A stretch of DNA of 64,000 bases from assembly GCA_964543655.1 (NCBI GenBank), contig CAZIZE010000099.1:3906-67905 (forward strand). Reading direction: 5' to 3'. The notes beneath the pieces were generated by a model. That model had not been told where the DNA came from. It searched no databases and saw nothing but the letters and a program-made list of their open reading frames with translations. Of the stretch, positions 10,831 to 20,862 are shown piece by piece; position 1 is the first letter of the stretch; each line of letters starts with the position of its first letter. This DNA comes from an uncultured bacterium (lineage in GTDB: Bacteria > DYJV01). A program made the position numbers and the translations under genes.

Positions 10831-11665
10831 AAGTATAAGGAATCTTAACACAATGAGAATAGAAGCTTTTTTTGATTATTATGCTTTGCCAGATTCTATA
10901 GATGAGCTTAAAGAAGTGGTTAAATTTGCTAAAGAGAAAAAGTTAAAAATATTTTTTTTAGGTAATGGCTCCAATATACTTTTTAGCAAAGATTTTTATC
11001 AAGATAGTATTTTAATTGATTTAAAAGGTTTAAATAAAGTGAAATTAACAGAGGATTTTCTCTATTTAGAATGTGGAGTAACTGGTGCTAAATTAATGAA
11101 TTTCTGTATTAAGAAAGGGTTTTCAGGATTTGAGTTTCTTGCTGGAATTCCAGGTACAGTAGGTGGATTTGTACGAATGAATGCCGGGAGTTTTAATCAA
11201 GCTATTTCAGATATTTTAGAAAAAGTAAAATTTCTAAATTTAAAAAGAATGGATATTTTTGAAATTAATAAAGATAACTTAACAATTAAATATAGAAATA
11301 TGGAGGTGCCAGATAATTGCATAATTATTGGTGGCTATTTTAAATACAGAGTTGGGGATAGAGTGAGGATAATTAATGAAATAAAAGAGAAATTAAAAAT
11401 CAGAAAATTGAAACAACCTCGAGGTTATTCTGCTGGCTCTATTTTTAAAAATGGTAATAATTATTTTGCAGGAAAGTTAATTGAAGATGCAGGGTTAAAA
11501 GGGAAAAGAGTTGGAGATGCAGTTATTTCAAATAAGCATGCTAATTTTATAATTAATATGGGAAATGCAAGAGGAAGAGATGTTTTAACCTTAATAGAAA
11601 TTGCTGAAGAAACAGTGAAGAATAAATTTGGTGTAAAATTGGAGAGAGAGGTTATTGTAGTTTAA
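10811..11665 (+). CDS. murB: UDP-N-acetylenolpyruvoylglucosamine reductase
   Basis: It has the FAD-binding PCMH fold (GNGSNILF) and follows murC in the dcw cluster. Confidence 0.85.
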   Translation: MKVERNKSIRNLNTMRIEAFFDYYALPDSIDELKEVVKFAKEKKLKIFFLGNGSNILFSKDFYQDSILIDLKGLNKVKLTEDFLYLECGVTGAKLMNFCIKKGFSGFEFLAGIPGTVGGFVRMNAGSFNQAISDILEKVKFLNLKRMDIFEINKDNLTIKYRNMEVPDNCIIIGGYFKYRVGDRVRIINEIKEKLKIRKLKQPRGYSAGSIFKNGNNYFAGKLIEDAGLKGKRVGDAVISNKHANFIINMGNARGRDVLTLIEIAEETVKNKFGVKLEREVIVV

Positions 11666-11669
11666 TTTA

Positions 11670-12569
11670 TTGATTCAGGAGATTTTAATGAAAGATAAAA
11701 TTATTGGTGTTTTAATGGGTGGTATTTCAAGTGAAAGGGAAATCTCTCTGAAAACTGGAAAAGCAATTTTTAATGCATTAAAGCGCAAAGGGTACAATGT
11801 CAAACAGTTGGATATTAATGAAAAAAATTTGAATATATTCTTAAAAGAGGAGTTTGACATTGCCTTTATTGCTCTTCATGGCAAATATGGTGAGGATGGC
11901 ATAATTCAAGGAATACTTGAGTTTGCAGGTATTCCATACACAGGTTCTGGTGTTACTGCAAGTGCAATTGCAATGGATAAGGTTATTTCAAAAAGATTAT
12001 TTCAAAATATAGGAGTTCCAACAGCAAAATTTTGGAATATTAATGAAGTAGATTCTTTAGAATTTCCTTTAGTTGTAAAACCTGTAAATGAAGGCTCAAC
12101 AGTTGGAGTTTTTATTGTAAACAGCAGAGATGAGCTTAATCTATATGTTGAAAAAGCCAGGGCTGTTTCAAGTAATTTATTTTTTGAAGAGTATATTAGA
12201 GGCAGAGAAGTTACAGTTGGTGTTTTAAATGGAAGAGCGCTTCCAATAGTGGAGATTAAACCTAAAAAGGGTTTTTACGATTATGAATCAAAATATAAAA
12301 AAGGAATGACTGAATATATTGTGCCTGCTAATTTAACTGAAGAATTAAATAAAAAGCTAAAAAAATTCTCTGAAAGAATATACAGGGCATTTAATTTAAA
12401 AGGTGCAGTAAGGGTTGATTATATTATTAGAGATAATACCTGTTATGCACTTGAAGTGAATACCATACCAGGTATGACTGAAACATCTCTACTCCCAAAA
12501 GCTGCAAAAGTTGCAGGGTTAGAATTTGATGACCTTGTTGAAAAAATTTTAATTAAAGCTATTCAATAG
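11670..12569 (+). CDS. ddl: D-alanine--D-alanine ligase
   Basis: It has the ATP-grasp Ddl N-terminus (GVLMGGISSEREISL) and conserved C-terminal Ddl residues. The true start could instead be the internal Met at 11688. Confidence 0.88.
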   Translation: MIQEILMKDKIIGVLMGGISSEREISLKTGKAIFNALKRKGYNVKQLDINEKNLNIFLKEEFDIAFIALHGKYGEDGIIQGILEFAGIPYTGSGVTASAIAMDKVISKRLFQNIGVPTAKFWNINEVDSLEFPLVVKPVNEGSTVGVFIVNSRDELNLYVEKARAVSSNLFFEEYIRGREVTVGVLNGRALPIVEIKPKKGFYDYESKYKKGMTEYIVPANLTEELNKKLKKFSERIYRAFNLKGAVRVDYIIRDNTCYALEVNTIPGMTETSLLPKAAKVAGLEFDDLVEKILIKAIQ

Positions 12570-12576
12570 GTGTAAA

Positions 12577-13347
12577 ATGGAAGATTATAAGTTTGTGGTT
12601 AAGAATCCATCATTTTTAAATAGCAGGAGGAAAAGAAAGTTTGTTTTAAAAAAGTTTTTAATCACAGTTTCTTTAATTTTAACTATTATATGTGCAGGAT
12701 ATATCTATAACTATTATAAGGCACATTTTCATTTACCATTTTACACAGAAAATTTTAAAATTTTAAACATTCACAATATTAGCAAAAAACAGATGGAAGC
12801 TATTTTACAAAAATATAAAGGAAAGTCTCTGAAAGAGCTTTCATTAAATAAAATTTACTCTGAGATTAAGAGCCTTGAATGGGTAAAAGATGTTACTATT
12901 CATAAAAATTATCCATCAACTTTAATTGTTGATGTTACTGAAGCAAAACCACTATGTGTAATTGCATTAAAGAACAGATTTTACCTGCTTGGTGATAATG
13001 GGAAAATTATCAAAAACTTCAACCATAAATTGTTGGAGAAAAATTTTTTTATATTAACTTTAAAAAATGTGAATTTATTTCAGAAAAATAAAGAAAAATA
13101 TCTTTCTCTTATTGAAAGTATTAAGAAGAGCAGTATAAAAAATATTTCAGAAATTGTTGTTGACGATAATTTAATAATTTTTACATACAACCCAGATATA
13201 AAGTATATTGTTGATATTGATCATATTGATGAAAATCTTGCAAAAGTTAAATTACTCCAAAAAATAAAGAAACAACTTTCTCTCAAAGAAAAAGGTTTTA
13301 GGACAATTAATTTAAAGTATAATAATAAAATTTTTATAAAATTATAG
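12577..13347 (+). CDS. ftsQ: Cell division protein FtsQ/DivIB (POTRA domain)
   Basis: It is a single N-terminal-TM bitopic protein of ~250 aa located between ddl and ftsA. Sequence conservation is low but the architecture fits. Confidence 0.7.
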   Translation: MEDYKFVVKNPSFLNSRRKRKFVLKKFLITVSLILTIICAGYIYNYYKAHFHLPFYTENFKILNIHNISKKQMEAILQKYKGKSLKELSLNKIYSEIKSLEWVKDVTIHKNYPSTLIVDVTEAKPLCVIALKNRFYLLGDNGKIIKNFNHKLLEKNFFILTLKNVNLFQKNKEKYLSLIESIKKSSIKNISEIVVDDNLIIFTYNPDIKYIVDIDHIDENLAKVKLLQKIKKQLSLKEKGFRTINLKYNNKIFIKL

Positions 13348-13359
13348 CAGGAGCTAATA

Positions 13360-14586
13360 ATGGCTAAAAAAAACAACATTATTGTGGGACTTGATATTGG
13401 TACCACAAAAATATGTGCAATTGTTGGAGAAGTTAAACCAGAAGGAATAGACATTAAAGGGATTGGCACTTGTCCATCTAAAGGATTGCGAAAAGGAGTT
13501 ATTGTAAATATTGATGGCACAGTGAAGGCTATTAAAGAAGCTGTAAAAGAAGCAGAAACTATTTCAGGGGTTGAAATTGATTCAGTTTTTACAGGTATAG
13601 CTGGAGGTCATATCTCCGGGGTGAATAGCAATGGAATGATTGCTGTAAAGGGTACAGAAATTACTAAAGAGGATATTAAAAGAGTAATTGAACAAGCAAC
13701 AGCACTGAATATACCTGCTGATAGAGAGGTTATTCATGTTATTCCACAGGAATTTATTGTTGATGGCCAGGATGGCATAAAGGATCCTGTTGGAATGTCC
13801 GGGGTAAGGCTTGAAGCAAAGGTGCATATTGTTACAGGAGCTGTTGCATCTGCGCAAAATATTGTAAAAGCCTGTAACAGAGCTGGATTGAATGTTCAAG
13901 ATATTGTAATTGAGCAGCTTGCTTCAAGTGAAGCTATTCTAAATAGTGATGAAAAGGAGCTTGGTGTTGCAGTTGTTGATATTGGTGGAGGCACAACTGA
14001 TATTGCAGTGTTTTATGAAAATAGCATAGCTTATACAGGAATTATTTCAATTGGAGGTGATCAGGTAACTAATGATATTGCTGTTGGGCTTCGTACCCCT
14101 CTTGAAAGTGCTGAGCAGATAAAGAGAACTTATGGATGCTGTTATTCAGATTTTGTTTATGAAGATGAAGAGATTGAAGTTCCAGGTATTGGTGGGAGAA
14201 ATCCAAAAACCATGCCACGTAGCTTACTTGTGGAGATTATTGAGCCAAGAGTGGAAGAACTGTTTATGTTAATAAGAAGAGAGATTGAAAAATCTGAGAT
14301 TTATGGTTCTCTTGCATCAGGAATTGTGCTTACTGGTGGGACAGTTATTATGGATGGGATGGTAGAGCTTGGAGAAGAGATATTTGAACTACCTGTTAGA
14401 ATAGGAAAACCAAAAAAATTACAGGGGCTTTTTGATGCTGTTGATTCGCCAATGTATTCAACAGCAGTTGGTTTACTTCTTTATGGTGGTAAAAACATGC
14501 AGAGAGAAGAATTCCCTGTAAGAAGTAGAAAAGTTTTTGATAATACTTTTAAAAGAATGAAAGAATGGTTTAAGGAATTTTTTTAA
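13360..14586 (+). CDS. ftsA: Cell division protein FtsA
   Basis: It has an actin-like ATPase fold (IVGLDIGTTKICAIVGE, DIGGGTTD) and lies directly upstream of ftsZ. Confidence 0.92.
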   Translation: MAKKNNIIVGLDIGTTKICAIVGEVKPEGIDIKGIGTCPSKGLRKGVIVNIDGTVKAIKEAVKEAETISGVEIDSVFTGIAGGHISGVNSNGMIAVKGTEITKEDIKRVIEQATALNIPADREVIHVIPQEFIVDGQDGIKDPVGMSGVRLEAKVHIVTGAVASAQNIVKACNRAGLNVQDIVIEQLASSEAILNSDEKELGVAVVDIGGGTTDIAVFYENSIAYTGIISIGGDQVTNDIAVGLRTPLESAEQIKRTYGCCYSDFVYEDEEIEVPGIGGRNPKTMPRSLLVEIIEPRVEELFMLIRREIEKSEIYGSLASGIVLTGGTVIMDGMVELGEEIFELPVRIGKPKKLQGLFDAVDSPMYSTAVGLLLYGGKNMQREEFPVRSRKVFDNTFKRMKEWFKEFF

Positions 14587-14609
14587 AATATTTTAAAGGG
14601 GGTTAAATT

Positions 14610-15728
14610 ATGAATTACAACTTTGAATTTGAAGATTTTGAAAATTTAGAGGCAAAAATCAAGGTTATAGGTGTTGGTGGAGGGGGAGGTAACACAATAA
14701 ACACAATGATTGAAGAAGGAGTAAAAGGAGTTGAATTTATTGCTGCAAATACTGACGCAAAAGCCCTTCAAATTAATAAAGCAGGTATAAAATTGCAAAT
14801 TGGTGCAAAATTGACAAAAGGACTTGGTGCCGGAGCTAATCCAGAAATAGGCAGAAATGCAGCTCTTGAAGATGCCCAAAAAATTAAAGAGATTTTAACA
14901 GGTGGTGACATGGCATTTATAACAGCAGGAATGGGCGGTGGTACAGGAACAGGAGCTGCACCGATAGTTGCAGAAATTGCAAAAGAGCTTGGATTGTTAA
15001 CTGTAGGTGTTGTGACAAAGCCATTTATGTTTGAAGGGAAGCGTAGAATGAAACAGGCAGATGCAGGTATTGATGAATTAAAGCAGCATGTTGACGCTTT
15101 AATAGTGATTCCCAATCAGAGAATTTTAAGCATTTGCAGTAAAAATCTATCACTTAAAGATTCATTTAAAATGGTTGACCAGGTTCTTGTAAATGCAGTT
15201 AGAGGAATTTCAGACCTGATTACAACATCAGCTCATATTCAGCTTGATTTTGCTGATGTAAAATCAGTAATGAGTGAAACAGGTCTTGCTCTTATGGGAA
15301 CAGGGGTTGCAAGTGGTGAAAATAGAGCTGTTGAAGCAACTGAGCAGGCAATTTCCAGCCCTCTACTTGAAGATATTTCAATTGAAGGTGCAAAGGGTAT
15401 TTTAATTAATATTACAGGTTCTTCTGATATTACCACAATGGAAATAAATGAAGCATGTAGTATGATTCATGAGGCAGCACATGAAGATGCAAATATAATT
15501 TTTGGTGTAAAATTTGATGATGCTTTGGAAGATGAAATAAGAATTACAATTATTGCAACAGGTTTTAGTAAAGTGGAAAGAGATTTTAATGAAAAAAAGT
15601 TACTTGGATTTAGAAGTGAAAGGAAAAAAGAGCGTCGTAGAGTAGTTGGAGGACTTTTTGACAATCCAGAAGTTATTGATGAAGATATATACGATATTCC
15701 TACATTTTTAAGACGAAAACCAGATTAA
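14610..15728 (+). CDS. ftsZ: Cell division GTPase FtsZ
   Basis: It carries the tubulin signature GGGTGTG, an N-terminal IKVIGVGGGGGN motif and a C-terminal conserved peptide (DIPTFLRRK). Confidence 0.95.
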   Translation: MNYNFEFEDFENLEAKIKVIGVGGGGGNTINTMIEEGVKGVEFIAANTDAKALQINKAGIKLQIGAKLTKGLGAGANPEIGRNAALEDAQKIKEILTGGDMAFITAGMGGGTGTGAAPIVAEIAKELGLLTVGVVTKPFMFEGKRRMKQADAGIDELKQHVDALIVIPNQRILSICSKNLSLKDSFKMVDQVLVNAVRGISDLITTSAHIQLDFADVKSVMSETGLALMGTGVASGENRAVEATEQAISSPLLEDISIEGAKGILINITGSSDITTMEINEACSMIHEAAHEDANIIFGVKFDDALEDEIRITIIATGFSKVERDFNEKKLLGFRSERKKERRRVVGGLFDNPEVIDEDIYDIPTFLRRKPD

Positions 15729-15755
15729 AATTAGCAATTTTTTATTATTTTCTTG

Positions 15756-15790
15756 ACAATGGATTTATATTTGTGATTAAATATGAATCA
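15756..15790 (+). promoter_or_regulatory. Putative sigma-70-type promoter for the rubrerythrin-like gene
   Basis: TTGACA at 15756-15761 is followed ~17 nt later by an A/T-rich -10-like hexamer (ATTAAA). An AAAGGAG RBS lies 7 nt before the ATG at 15811. The -10 is weak. Confidence 0.3.
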
Positions 15791-15810
15791 ATTTTTGAAA
15801 GGAGTGTGTA

Positions 15811-16281
15811 ATGAATGAATTTTGTATGTTTTTTGAAGAAGCATTAAAAGTTGCTATTGAAGCAGAAAGAGATGCTTTTTTTACTTATTTTAATGGAATG
15901 AAAAAAGTGGAGAATAAATCAGCAAAAGTTCTTTTAAAAGATCTTGCTAAAGATGAATTAGAGCACAAGTATAAATTGGAGCTTGCACTACTTGATGAAG
16001 AGTATGTAGAAGAGCTTGGAGATGGACATGTGCCAGAAGGATTTAGCATATCTGAGTTTCTTGTTGAGAAAAATAAAATAAATGAAAGCTCCACATTACA
16101 AGAAATTTATGCTTATGCAATTTCAAGTGAGAAAAAAGCTATTCAATTTTACACTAACTTAATGAACTCCTGTAAAGGTAGCCAGATGGAGTATCTCTTT
16201 GAGAAATTAAGAGATGAAGAGAAAAAGCACCTCGATAAACTTGAAAAAGAGTATGAAGAGACATTTATGCAGGAAAATTAG
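15811..16281 (+). CDS. Ferritin-like / rubrerythrin-family diiron four-helix-bundle protein
   Basis: Two E...ExxH pairs are present (AIEAERDAF...KDELEHKY and AISSEKKAIQFY...RDEEKKHLDKLE), typical of rubrerythrin/ferritin-like diiron sites. It is a stand-alone gene with its own promoter-like element and a downstream terminator. Confidence 0.55.
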   Translation: MNEFCMFFEEALKVAIEAERDAFFTYFNGMKKVENKSAKVLLKDLAKDELEHKYKLELALLDEEYVEELGDGHVPEGFSISEFLVEKNKINESSTLQEIYAYAISSEKKAIQFYTNLMNSCKGSQMEYLFEKLRDEEKKHLDKLEKEYEETFMQEN

Positions 16282-16298
16282 ATTGTTATAAATTTTTT

Positions 16299-16327
16299 AC
16301 AGGCACTTTTTCAGTGCCTGTTTTTTA
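16299..16327 (+). terminator. Rho-independent terminator
   Basis: A 9-bp perfect stem (ACAGGCACT / AGTGCCTGT) with loop TTTTC is followed by a T-run. Confidence 0.6.
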
Positions 16328-16331
16328 TTTT

Positions 16332-17084
16332 ATGATGAATATTGCTCTATTAGAAAATATTTCGTTTATCCCACAGATTAAATATTATCAATTAACCACC
16401 TCCACCAATGAAAAAGCAAAAGAGAGCCTGCCTGTTGATGATTTTACAACTTTTATTGCAGAATCACAAACCAGAGGTAAAGGTAGAAATAGCAGGGAAT
16501 GGTTTTCGCCAGCAGGTGAAAATTTATATTTCTCCTTTGTTTTGAAAATGGTTGGCAGTGCAGCAGAGTATAGTGGTTATCCATTAATTGTAGCATATTC
16601 AATTTTGCAAACAATTAGAAAGATTATTGATAAAAAGATATTTATTAAATGGCCAAATGATATTTATGTAGAAGAAAGAAAAATTGCAGGTATATTAATA
16701 GAAATAGTTAAAAACCATCTAATTACTGGAATAGGGCTTAATGTTAATTCAGAAAAATTTCCACAATTTGAGCATAATAAGCCAACATCACTATTTTTGG
16801 AAAAAGGAGAATTATTTGAAAGAGAAAAGATTTTAAAGGAATTTTTTATTAATATGAAAGCTAATATAGATATTTTTTATAAAGGATTTATTATAGATAA
16901 AAGTTTATTATATGATATTAACAATAATTTAAAATATAAAAATGAACCTGTTGAAATTTTATTTAAGAATAGCAGTAAAAAGGGGATAATCAGAGAAGTT
17001 AATGAAAAAGGTTATTTAATTTTAAATGATGGCTCTGTTGTTTATGCTGGAGATGTTTTAAAAATTAATTATAAAGATTTATAG
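16332..17084 (+). CDS. birA: Biotin--[acetyl-CoA-carboxylase] ligase (group I, no N-terminal HTH)
   Basis: It has the BirA signature ...SQTRGKGRNSREWFSP.... The listed ORF starts at a GTG at 16314 inside the terminator hairpin, so I prefer the ATG at 16332 (MMNIALL). Confidence 0.85.
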   Translation: MMNIALLENISFIPQIKYYQLTTSTNEKAKESLPVDDFTTFIAESQTRGKGRNSREWFSPAGENLYFSFVLKMVGSAAEYSGYPLIVAYSILQTIRKIIDKKIFIKWPNDIYVEERKIAGILIEIVKNHLITGIGLNVNSEKFPQFEHNKPTSLFLEKGELFEREKILKEFFINMKANIDIFYKGFIIDKSLLYDINNNLKYKNEPVEILFKNSSKKGIIREVNEKGYLILNDGSVVYAGDVLKINYKDL

Positions 17085-18398
17085 CTTCCAGTAAATAAAA
17101 TTTTCTTTTACTGCATTTGATTTATTAAAAATACCTTTTACATCAATCAAAACACCATTACCATTAATAAGTGTTTTTAAATAATCAAGTGTGAACTTTT
17201 TAATTAATATTTTATGCTTAACAGCAAATATAATTGCATCATAAGGTGCAAACTCTGTTTCTCTTTCTATTGGTGTAATATCAAACCAATAATTTGCAAC
17301 TTCTTTATTCACAAGTGGATCAAAAACAAACACATTAATTCCATATTCAATTAATTCTTTATAAATATCCACAACTTTGGTATTTCTAATATCACGGATA
17401 TTTTCCTTAAAAGTTAAGCCAAGAATGAGAACTTTGCTACTTTTTACAGGCTTCTCAGCTTTAATAAGGCTTTTTACTGTATTTTCAGCAACAAATTTTC
17501 CCATATAATCATTAATTTTTCTACCAGCCAAAATAGTATCAGGGTGGTAACCAATAGCTTTTGCTTTAAAGGTGAGGTAGTACGGGTCAACACCAATACA
17601 GTGTCCACCAACAAGCCCAGGTTCAAATTTTAAAAAATTCCATTTTGTAGACGCAGCTTCTAAAACATCAAATGTATCAATATTAAGCTTGTTAAAAATT
17701 ATAGAAAGCTCATTCATTAATGCAATGTTTAAATCTCTTTGAGTATTTTCAATAACTTTAGCAGCTTCAGCAGTTTTTATATCAGGTGCTTTATGTATTC
17801 CAGCAGAAATTACTTTTCCATAAATATTTCCAAGAAAATCAAGAGTTTCTTTTGTATCACCAGAAACCACCTTTACTATTTTATCAATTGTATGAACTTT
17901 ATCACCAGGATTAACACGCTCTGGTGAATAACCTACATAAAAATCTTTTTTCCATTTTAAACCACTAACAGTTTCAATTATTGGCACACACTCCTCTTCT
18001 GTTAACCCGGGATAAACTGTTGATTCAAAAACAATTACACTGTCCTTAGAGATGTTTCTACCTACTATTTCAGATGCATTTTTTATATGTGTTAAGTCAG
18101 GGATATTATGTCTATCAATAGGAGTAGGCACACAAACTATTATTAGTTTTGCTTTGTTTAAATCTTTTTCATTACTTGTAAATTGTATGTTGCATTTTGA
18201 AAGCTTTTTTTCAGAAATTTCATTGGTTGAATCAATATTATTGCTTAATTGCTCTATTCTAAAAAAGTTTACATCAAAACCTATTACATTGTATTTTGTG
18301 TCAAGTAATATTGCCAAGGGTAGACCAACATATCCAAGACCAACCACTGCAATAAAATTATCTCCAGTATTTTTAAAGAATGATTTATAATTGAGCAT
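17079..18398 (-). CDS. Nucleotide-sugar dehydrogenase (UDP-glucose/GDP-mannose dehydrogenase family; WbpA/WecC/TviB-like)
   Basis: It has an N-terminal Rossmann fold (VVGLGYVGLPLA), the catalytic Cys segment (GGHCIGVDPYYL) and a UDPG_MGDP_dh C-terminal domain. It is convergent with birA and the stop codons overlap. Confidence 0.85.
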   Translation of the reverse strand: MLNYKSFFKNTGDNFIAVVGLGYVGLPLAILLDTKYNVIGFDVNFFRIEQLSNNIDSTNEISEKKLSKCNIQFTSNEKDLNKAKLIIVCVPTPIDRHNIPDLTHIKNASEIVGRNISKDSVIVFESTVYPGLTEEECVPIIETVSGLKWKKDFYVGYSPERVNPGDKVHTIDKIVKVVSGDTKETLDFLGNIYGKVISAGIHKAPDIKTAEAAKVIENTQRDLNIALMNELSIIFNKLNIDTFDVLEAASTKWNFLKFEPGLVGGHCIGVDPYYLTFKAKAIGYHPDTILAGRKINDYMGKFVAENTVKSLIKAEKPVKSSKVLILGLTFKENIRDIRNTKVVDIYKELIEYGINVFVFDPLVNKEVANYWFDITPIERETEFAPYDAIIFAVKHKILIKKFTLDYLKTLINGNGVLIDVKGIFNKSNAVKENFIYWKL

Positions 18399-18434
18399 AA
18401 ATTTTCTCCTGATAATTTTTTCTAAGAGGAAAAT

Positions 18435-18463
18435 TGTATAATCTATAAAAATAAAAAAGTCAA
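18435..18463 (-). promoter_or_regulatory. Putative sigma-70 promoter for the nucleotide-sugar dehydrogenase gene
   Basis: On the minus strand TTGACT is followed by a 17-nt spacer and TATACA. A CAGGAG RBS precedes the ATG at 18398. On the plus strand the same segment reads TATAAT, so it may also serve divergently. Confidence 0.3.
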
Positions 18464-18649
18464 ATTTATTTAAGCATTTAATCTCCTGTATAAATCAATG
18501 TTGTATAAAAAGATTTTTGAGGTAAAACTCTCAAAATTACTGCTTTTGTTGTAAATAAGAGCAACTTTAAAAAATAAATTTTTACTCTAAATCTTACCAT
18601 GCTTAATTATATTATTGAAAAATTTTTTTTATCATGATAAAAAGCTCTT

Positions 18650-19183
18650 ATGTTTGATGTCCAGAATAAAGAGTATTTTGACATTAGAGAATTACACAAT
18701 TTATTGAATAATTATGAAAAAGTTTATCCTATTTTAAAGAGAAATATTGAAAAATTTAAAATTGAAGAGAAAAAAAATAAATGCTATCTTGCATGGGTGG
18801 CAGGTGTTTATTTTCATAAAGAGAATGCTAACCTGTTTGAAAAATTTGTTCTTGATATTCTATTTAAAAATATTTTCTCTACATTAAAAATAAATACATT
18901 GTCAACAAAAGCTCTTATGTTTATTTATTTTGGATTGGGAGCTGTTTCAGCACTTAATTATTCAAATAATAAAAAAGATTTTTTCAAAGAATATTTTCCG
19001 CTCCTGAGCAAAGGAGCAGTTTTAATAGATAATTTGAAGTTTGACAAATTTAAAGATGGTTATAAATATTGGGATATATCAACTATTACTATGTATGTGA
19101 AACCCCACAATAAAAATTTATTTTCAAATATAAGCACTAATGATAAAGAGATTATAGAATCAGGACATTTTACCATAAATTAG
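18650..19183 (+). CDS. Hypothetical protein (177 aa, no recognisable domain)
   Basis: The ORF is 177 aa with no obvious RBS and no motifs I recognise. It contains one hydrophobic segment (ALMFIYFGLGAVSAL). Confidence 0.4.
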   Translation: MFDVQNKEYFDIRELHNLLNNYEKVYPILKRNIEKFKIEEKKNKCYLAWVAGVYFHKENANLFEKFVLDILFKNIFSTLKINTLSTKALMFIYFGLGAVSALNYSNNKKDFFKEYFPLLSKGAVLIDNLKFDKFKDGYKYWDISTITMYVKPHNKNLFSNISTNDKEIIESGHFTIN

Positions 19184-19192
19184 GAGGAATAA

Positions 19193-19756
19193 ATGTATTC
19201 AACTTCTGACATTAGAAAAGGACTTAAAATTGAATTAAATGGAGAGCCTTTTACTATTATTGATTTTTTACATGTTAAACCAGGGAAGGGTGGGGCATTT
19301 ATTAGAACAAAACTTAAAAATTTAAAAACTGGAGCTGTTTTGGATAAAACTTTCCGTTCTGGTGAAAAGTTTTCAAAAGCTGACCTTGAAGAAAAGGATA
19401 TGCAATACTTATATAATGATGGTGAAAGTTATCATTTTATGGATAATGAAACTTATGAGCAGATTTCATTGTCAGAGGATAAAATTGAGTTTGAGAAAAA
19501 TTTTTTAAAAGAGAATGTTAATGTTAAAGTATTATTTTTTAAAGGTGATGCAATAAGCATTGAAATACCTACTTTTGTTGAGCTTGAAGTTACTCATACA
19601 GAACCTGGCCTCAAAGGAGATACAGCATCATCAGCATCAAAACCAGCTACTGTTGAAACAGGTTATACTTTAAATGTTCCCCTTTTTATAAATATTGGTG
19701 ATATTTTAAAAATTGACACAAGAACAGGAGAATATGTGGAAAGGGTTAAAAAATAA
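19193..19756 (+). CDS. efp: Translation elongation factor P
   Basis: The sequence [23 protein letters not shown]...[16 protein letters not shown] is classic EF-P with the KPGKG loop. An AGGAGG RBS precedes the start. Confidence 0.95.
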   Translation: MYSTSDIRKGLKIELNGEPFTIIDFLHVKPGKGGAFIRTKLKNLKTGAVLDKTFRSGEKFSKADLEEKDMQYLYNDGESYHFMDNETYEQISLSEDKIEFEKNFLKENVNVKVLFFKGDAISIEIPTFVELEVTHTEPGLKGDTASSASKPATVETGYTLNVPLFINIGDILKIDTRTGEYVERVKK

Positions 19757-19758
19757 AT

Positions 19759-20862
19759 TTATTTTAAAAAATTTTCTTTAAATTTTTTAAAAGTTCCCTT
19801 GCTAATATGCTCTCTAATATTTTTCATAAGATTAATATAGAAATGTAAGTTGTGAATAGTATTTAATCTGTAACTAAGAAGTTCTCTTGAAACGTAGAGA
19901 TGCCTTAAGTAAGCTTTAGAGAAATTTTTACAAGTATAACAGGTGCAATTTTCATCAAGAGGCTCATCTTTGTCTTTGAACTCTTCCTTTTTTATTGAGA
20001 TTTTCCCTTTTGATGTGAAAAGAGTTCCATTTCTTGCATTTCTTGTTGGCATAACACAGTCAAACATATCAATACCATGTTCAACAGCAAACAAAATATC
20101 TTCAGGAGTACCAACACCCATTAAATAACGTGGTTTATTCTCAGGCATTTTAGGTGCAATTTCCTTAATTATTTCATACATTACTGGTTTAGGTTCACCA
20201 ACGCTTAAACCACCAAGTGCATAACCATCAAAGTTGAGATTGACAACCTGTTCAAGATGCTGTTTTCTCAAATCAACAAACATTCCACCCTGAACAATTC
20301 CAAAAAGAAGATTCTCTGTATTTTTATAATTTTTACATTCAGCAGACCATCTATTAGTCCTTTCCATAGCTTTAATAACTTCTTCTCTATCTGCTCCATA
20401 TTCCACACAGTCATCAAATACCATCATAATATCTGACCCGAGGGACTGCTGAATTTCCATTACAATTTTTGGTGTGAAAAAATGAAAACTCCCATCAATG
20501 TGTGATTGAAACTCAACACCATTGTCATTTTTTTTTCTTAACTTTGCGAGACTAAAAACCTGAAACCCGCCACTATCAGTAAGAATAGGCTTATTCCACC
20601 CCATAAATTTATGGAGCCCACCAAGTTGCTTTATTAATCTATGACCCGGTCTTAAATATAAGTGATATGTATTCCCAAGTATTATCTCAGCATTAATGTC
20701 AATTAAATCATCAGGAGAAAGTGATTTAACTGAAGCAAGAGTGCCTACAGGCATAAAAACAGGAGTTTTAATTTCTCCATGAGAGGTTTTTAATCTGCCT
20801 AATCTTGCAAAAGTGTTTATATCTCTTTTGAATACCTTAAAATGCTCCATATTAATAATCAA
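19759..20862 (-). CDS. tgt: Queuine tRNA-ribosyltransferase
   Basis: It has Tgt motifs (LGNTYHL, MPVGT, GGLSVGE) and a C-terminal Zn site CxCxxC...H. Confidence 0.93.
   Translation of the reverse strand: MIINMEHFKVFKRDINTFARLGRLKTSHGEIKTPVFMPVGTLASVKSLSPDDLIDINAEIILGNTYHLYLRPGHRLIKQLGGLHKFMGWNKPILTDSGGFQVFSLAKLRKKNDNGVEFQSHIDGSFHFFTPKIVMEIQQSLGSDIMMVFDDCVEYGADREEVIKAMERTNRWSAECKNYKNTENLLFGIVQGGMFVDLRKQHLEQVVNLNFDGYALGGLSVGEPKPVMYEIIKEIAPKMPENKPRYLMGVGTPEDILFAVEHGIDMFDCVMPTRNARNGTLFTSKGKISIKKEEFKDKDEPLDENCTCYTCKNFSKAYLRHLYVSRELLSYRLNTIHNLHFYINLMKNIREHISKGTFKKFKENFLK

Noticed and set aside
2074-15664. Numerous antisense small ORFs inside dcw genes (e.g. 2074-2271, 3175-3441, 10141-10515, 13221-13520, 14768-15115, 15239-15436)
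   Set aside because: They lie antisense to highly conserved enzymes and have low-complexity, Cys- or Ile-rich translations with no RBS. They are typical spurious ORFs in AT-rich DNA.
16314-16331. GTG start for birA listed in the ORF track
   Set aside because: The GTG lies inside the stem of the upstream terminator hairpin. The ATG at 16332 gives a sensible BirA N-terminus.
18432-18442. Extended -10 (TGnTATAAT) promoter on the plus strand
   Set aside because: TG abuts TATAAT directly without the 1-nt spacer, and no convincing -35 lies at the right distance. A lone TATAAT in ~30% GC DNA is expected by chance. The complementary-strand TTGACT-N17-TATACA is more convincing.
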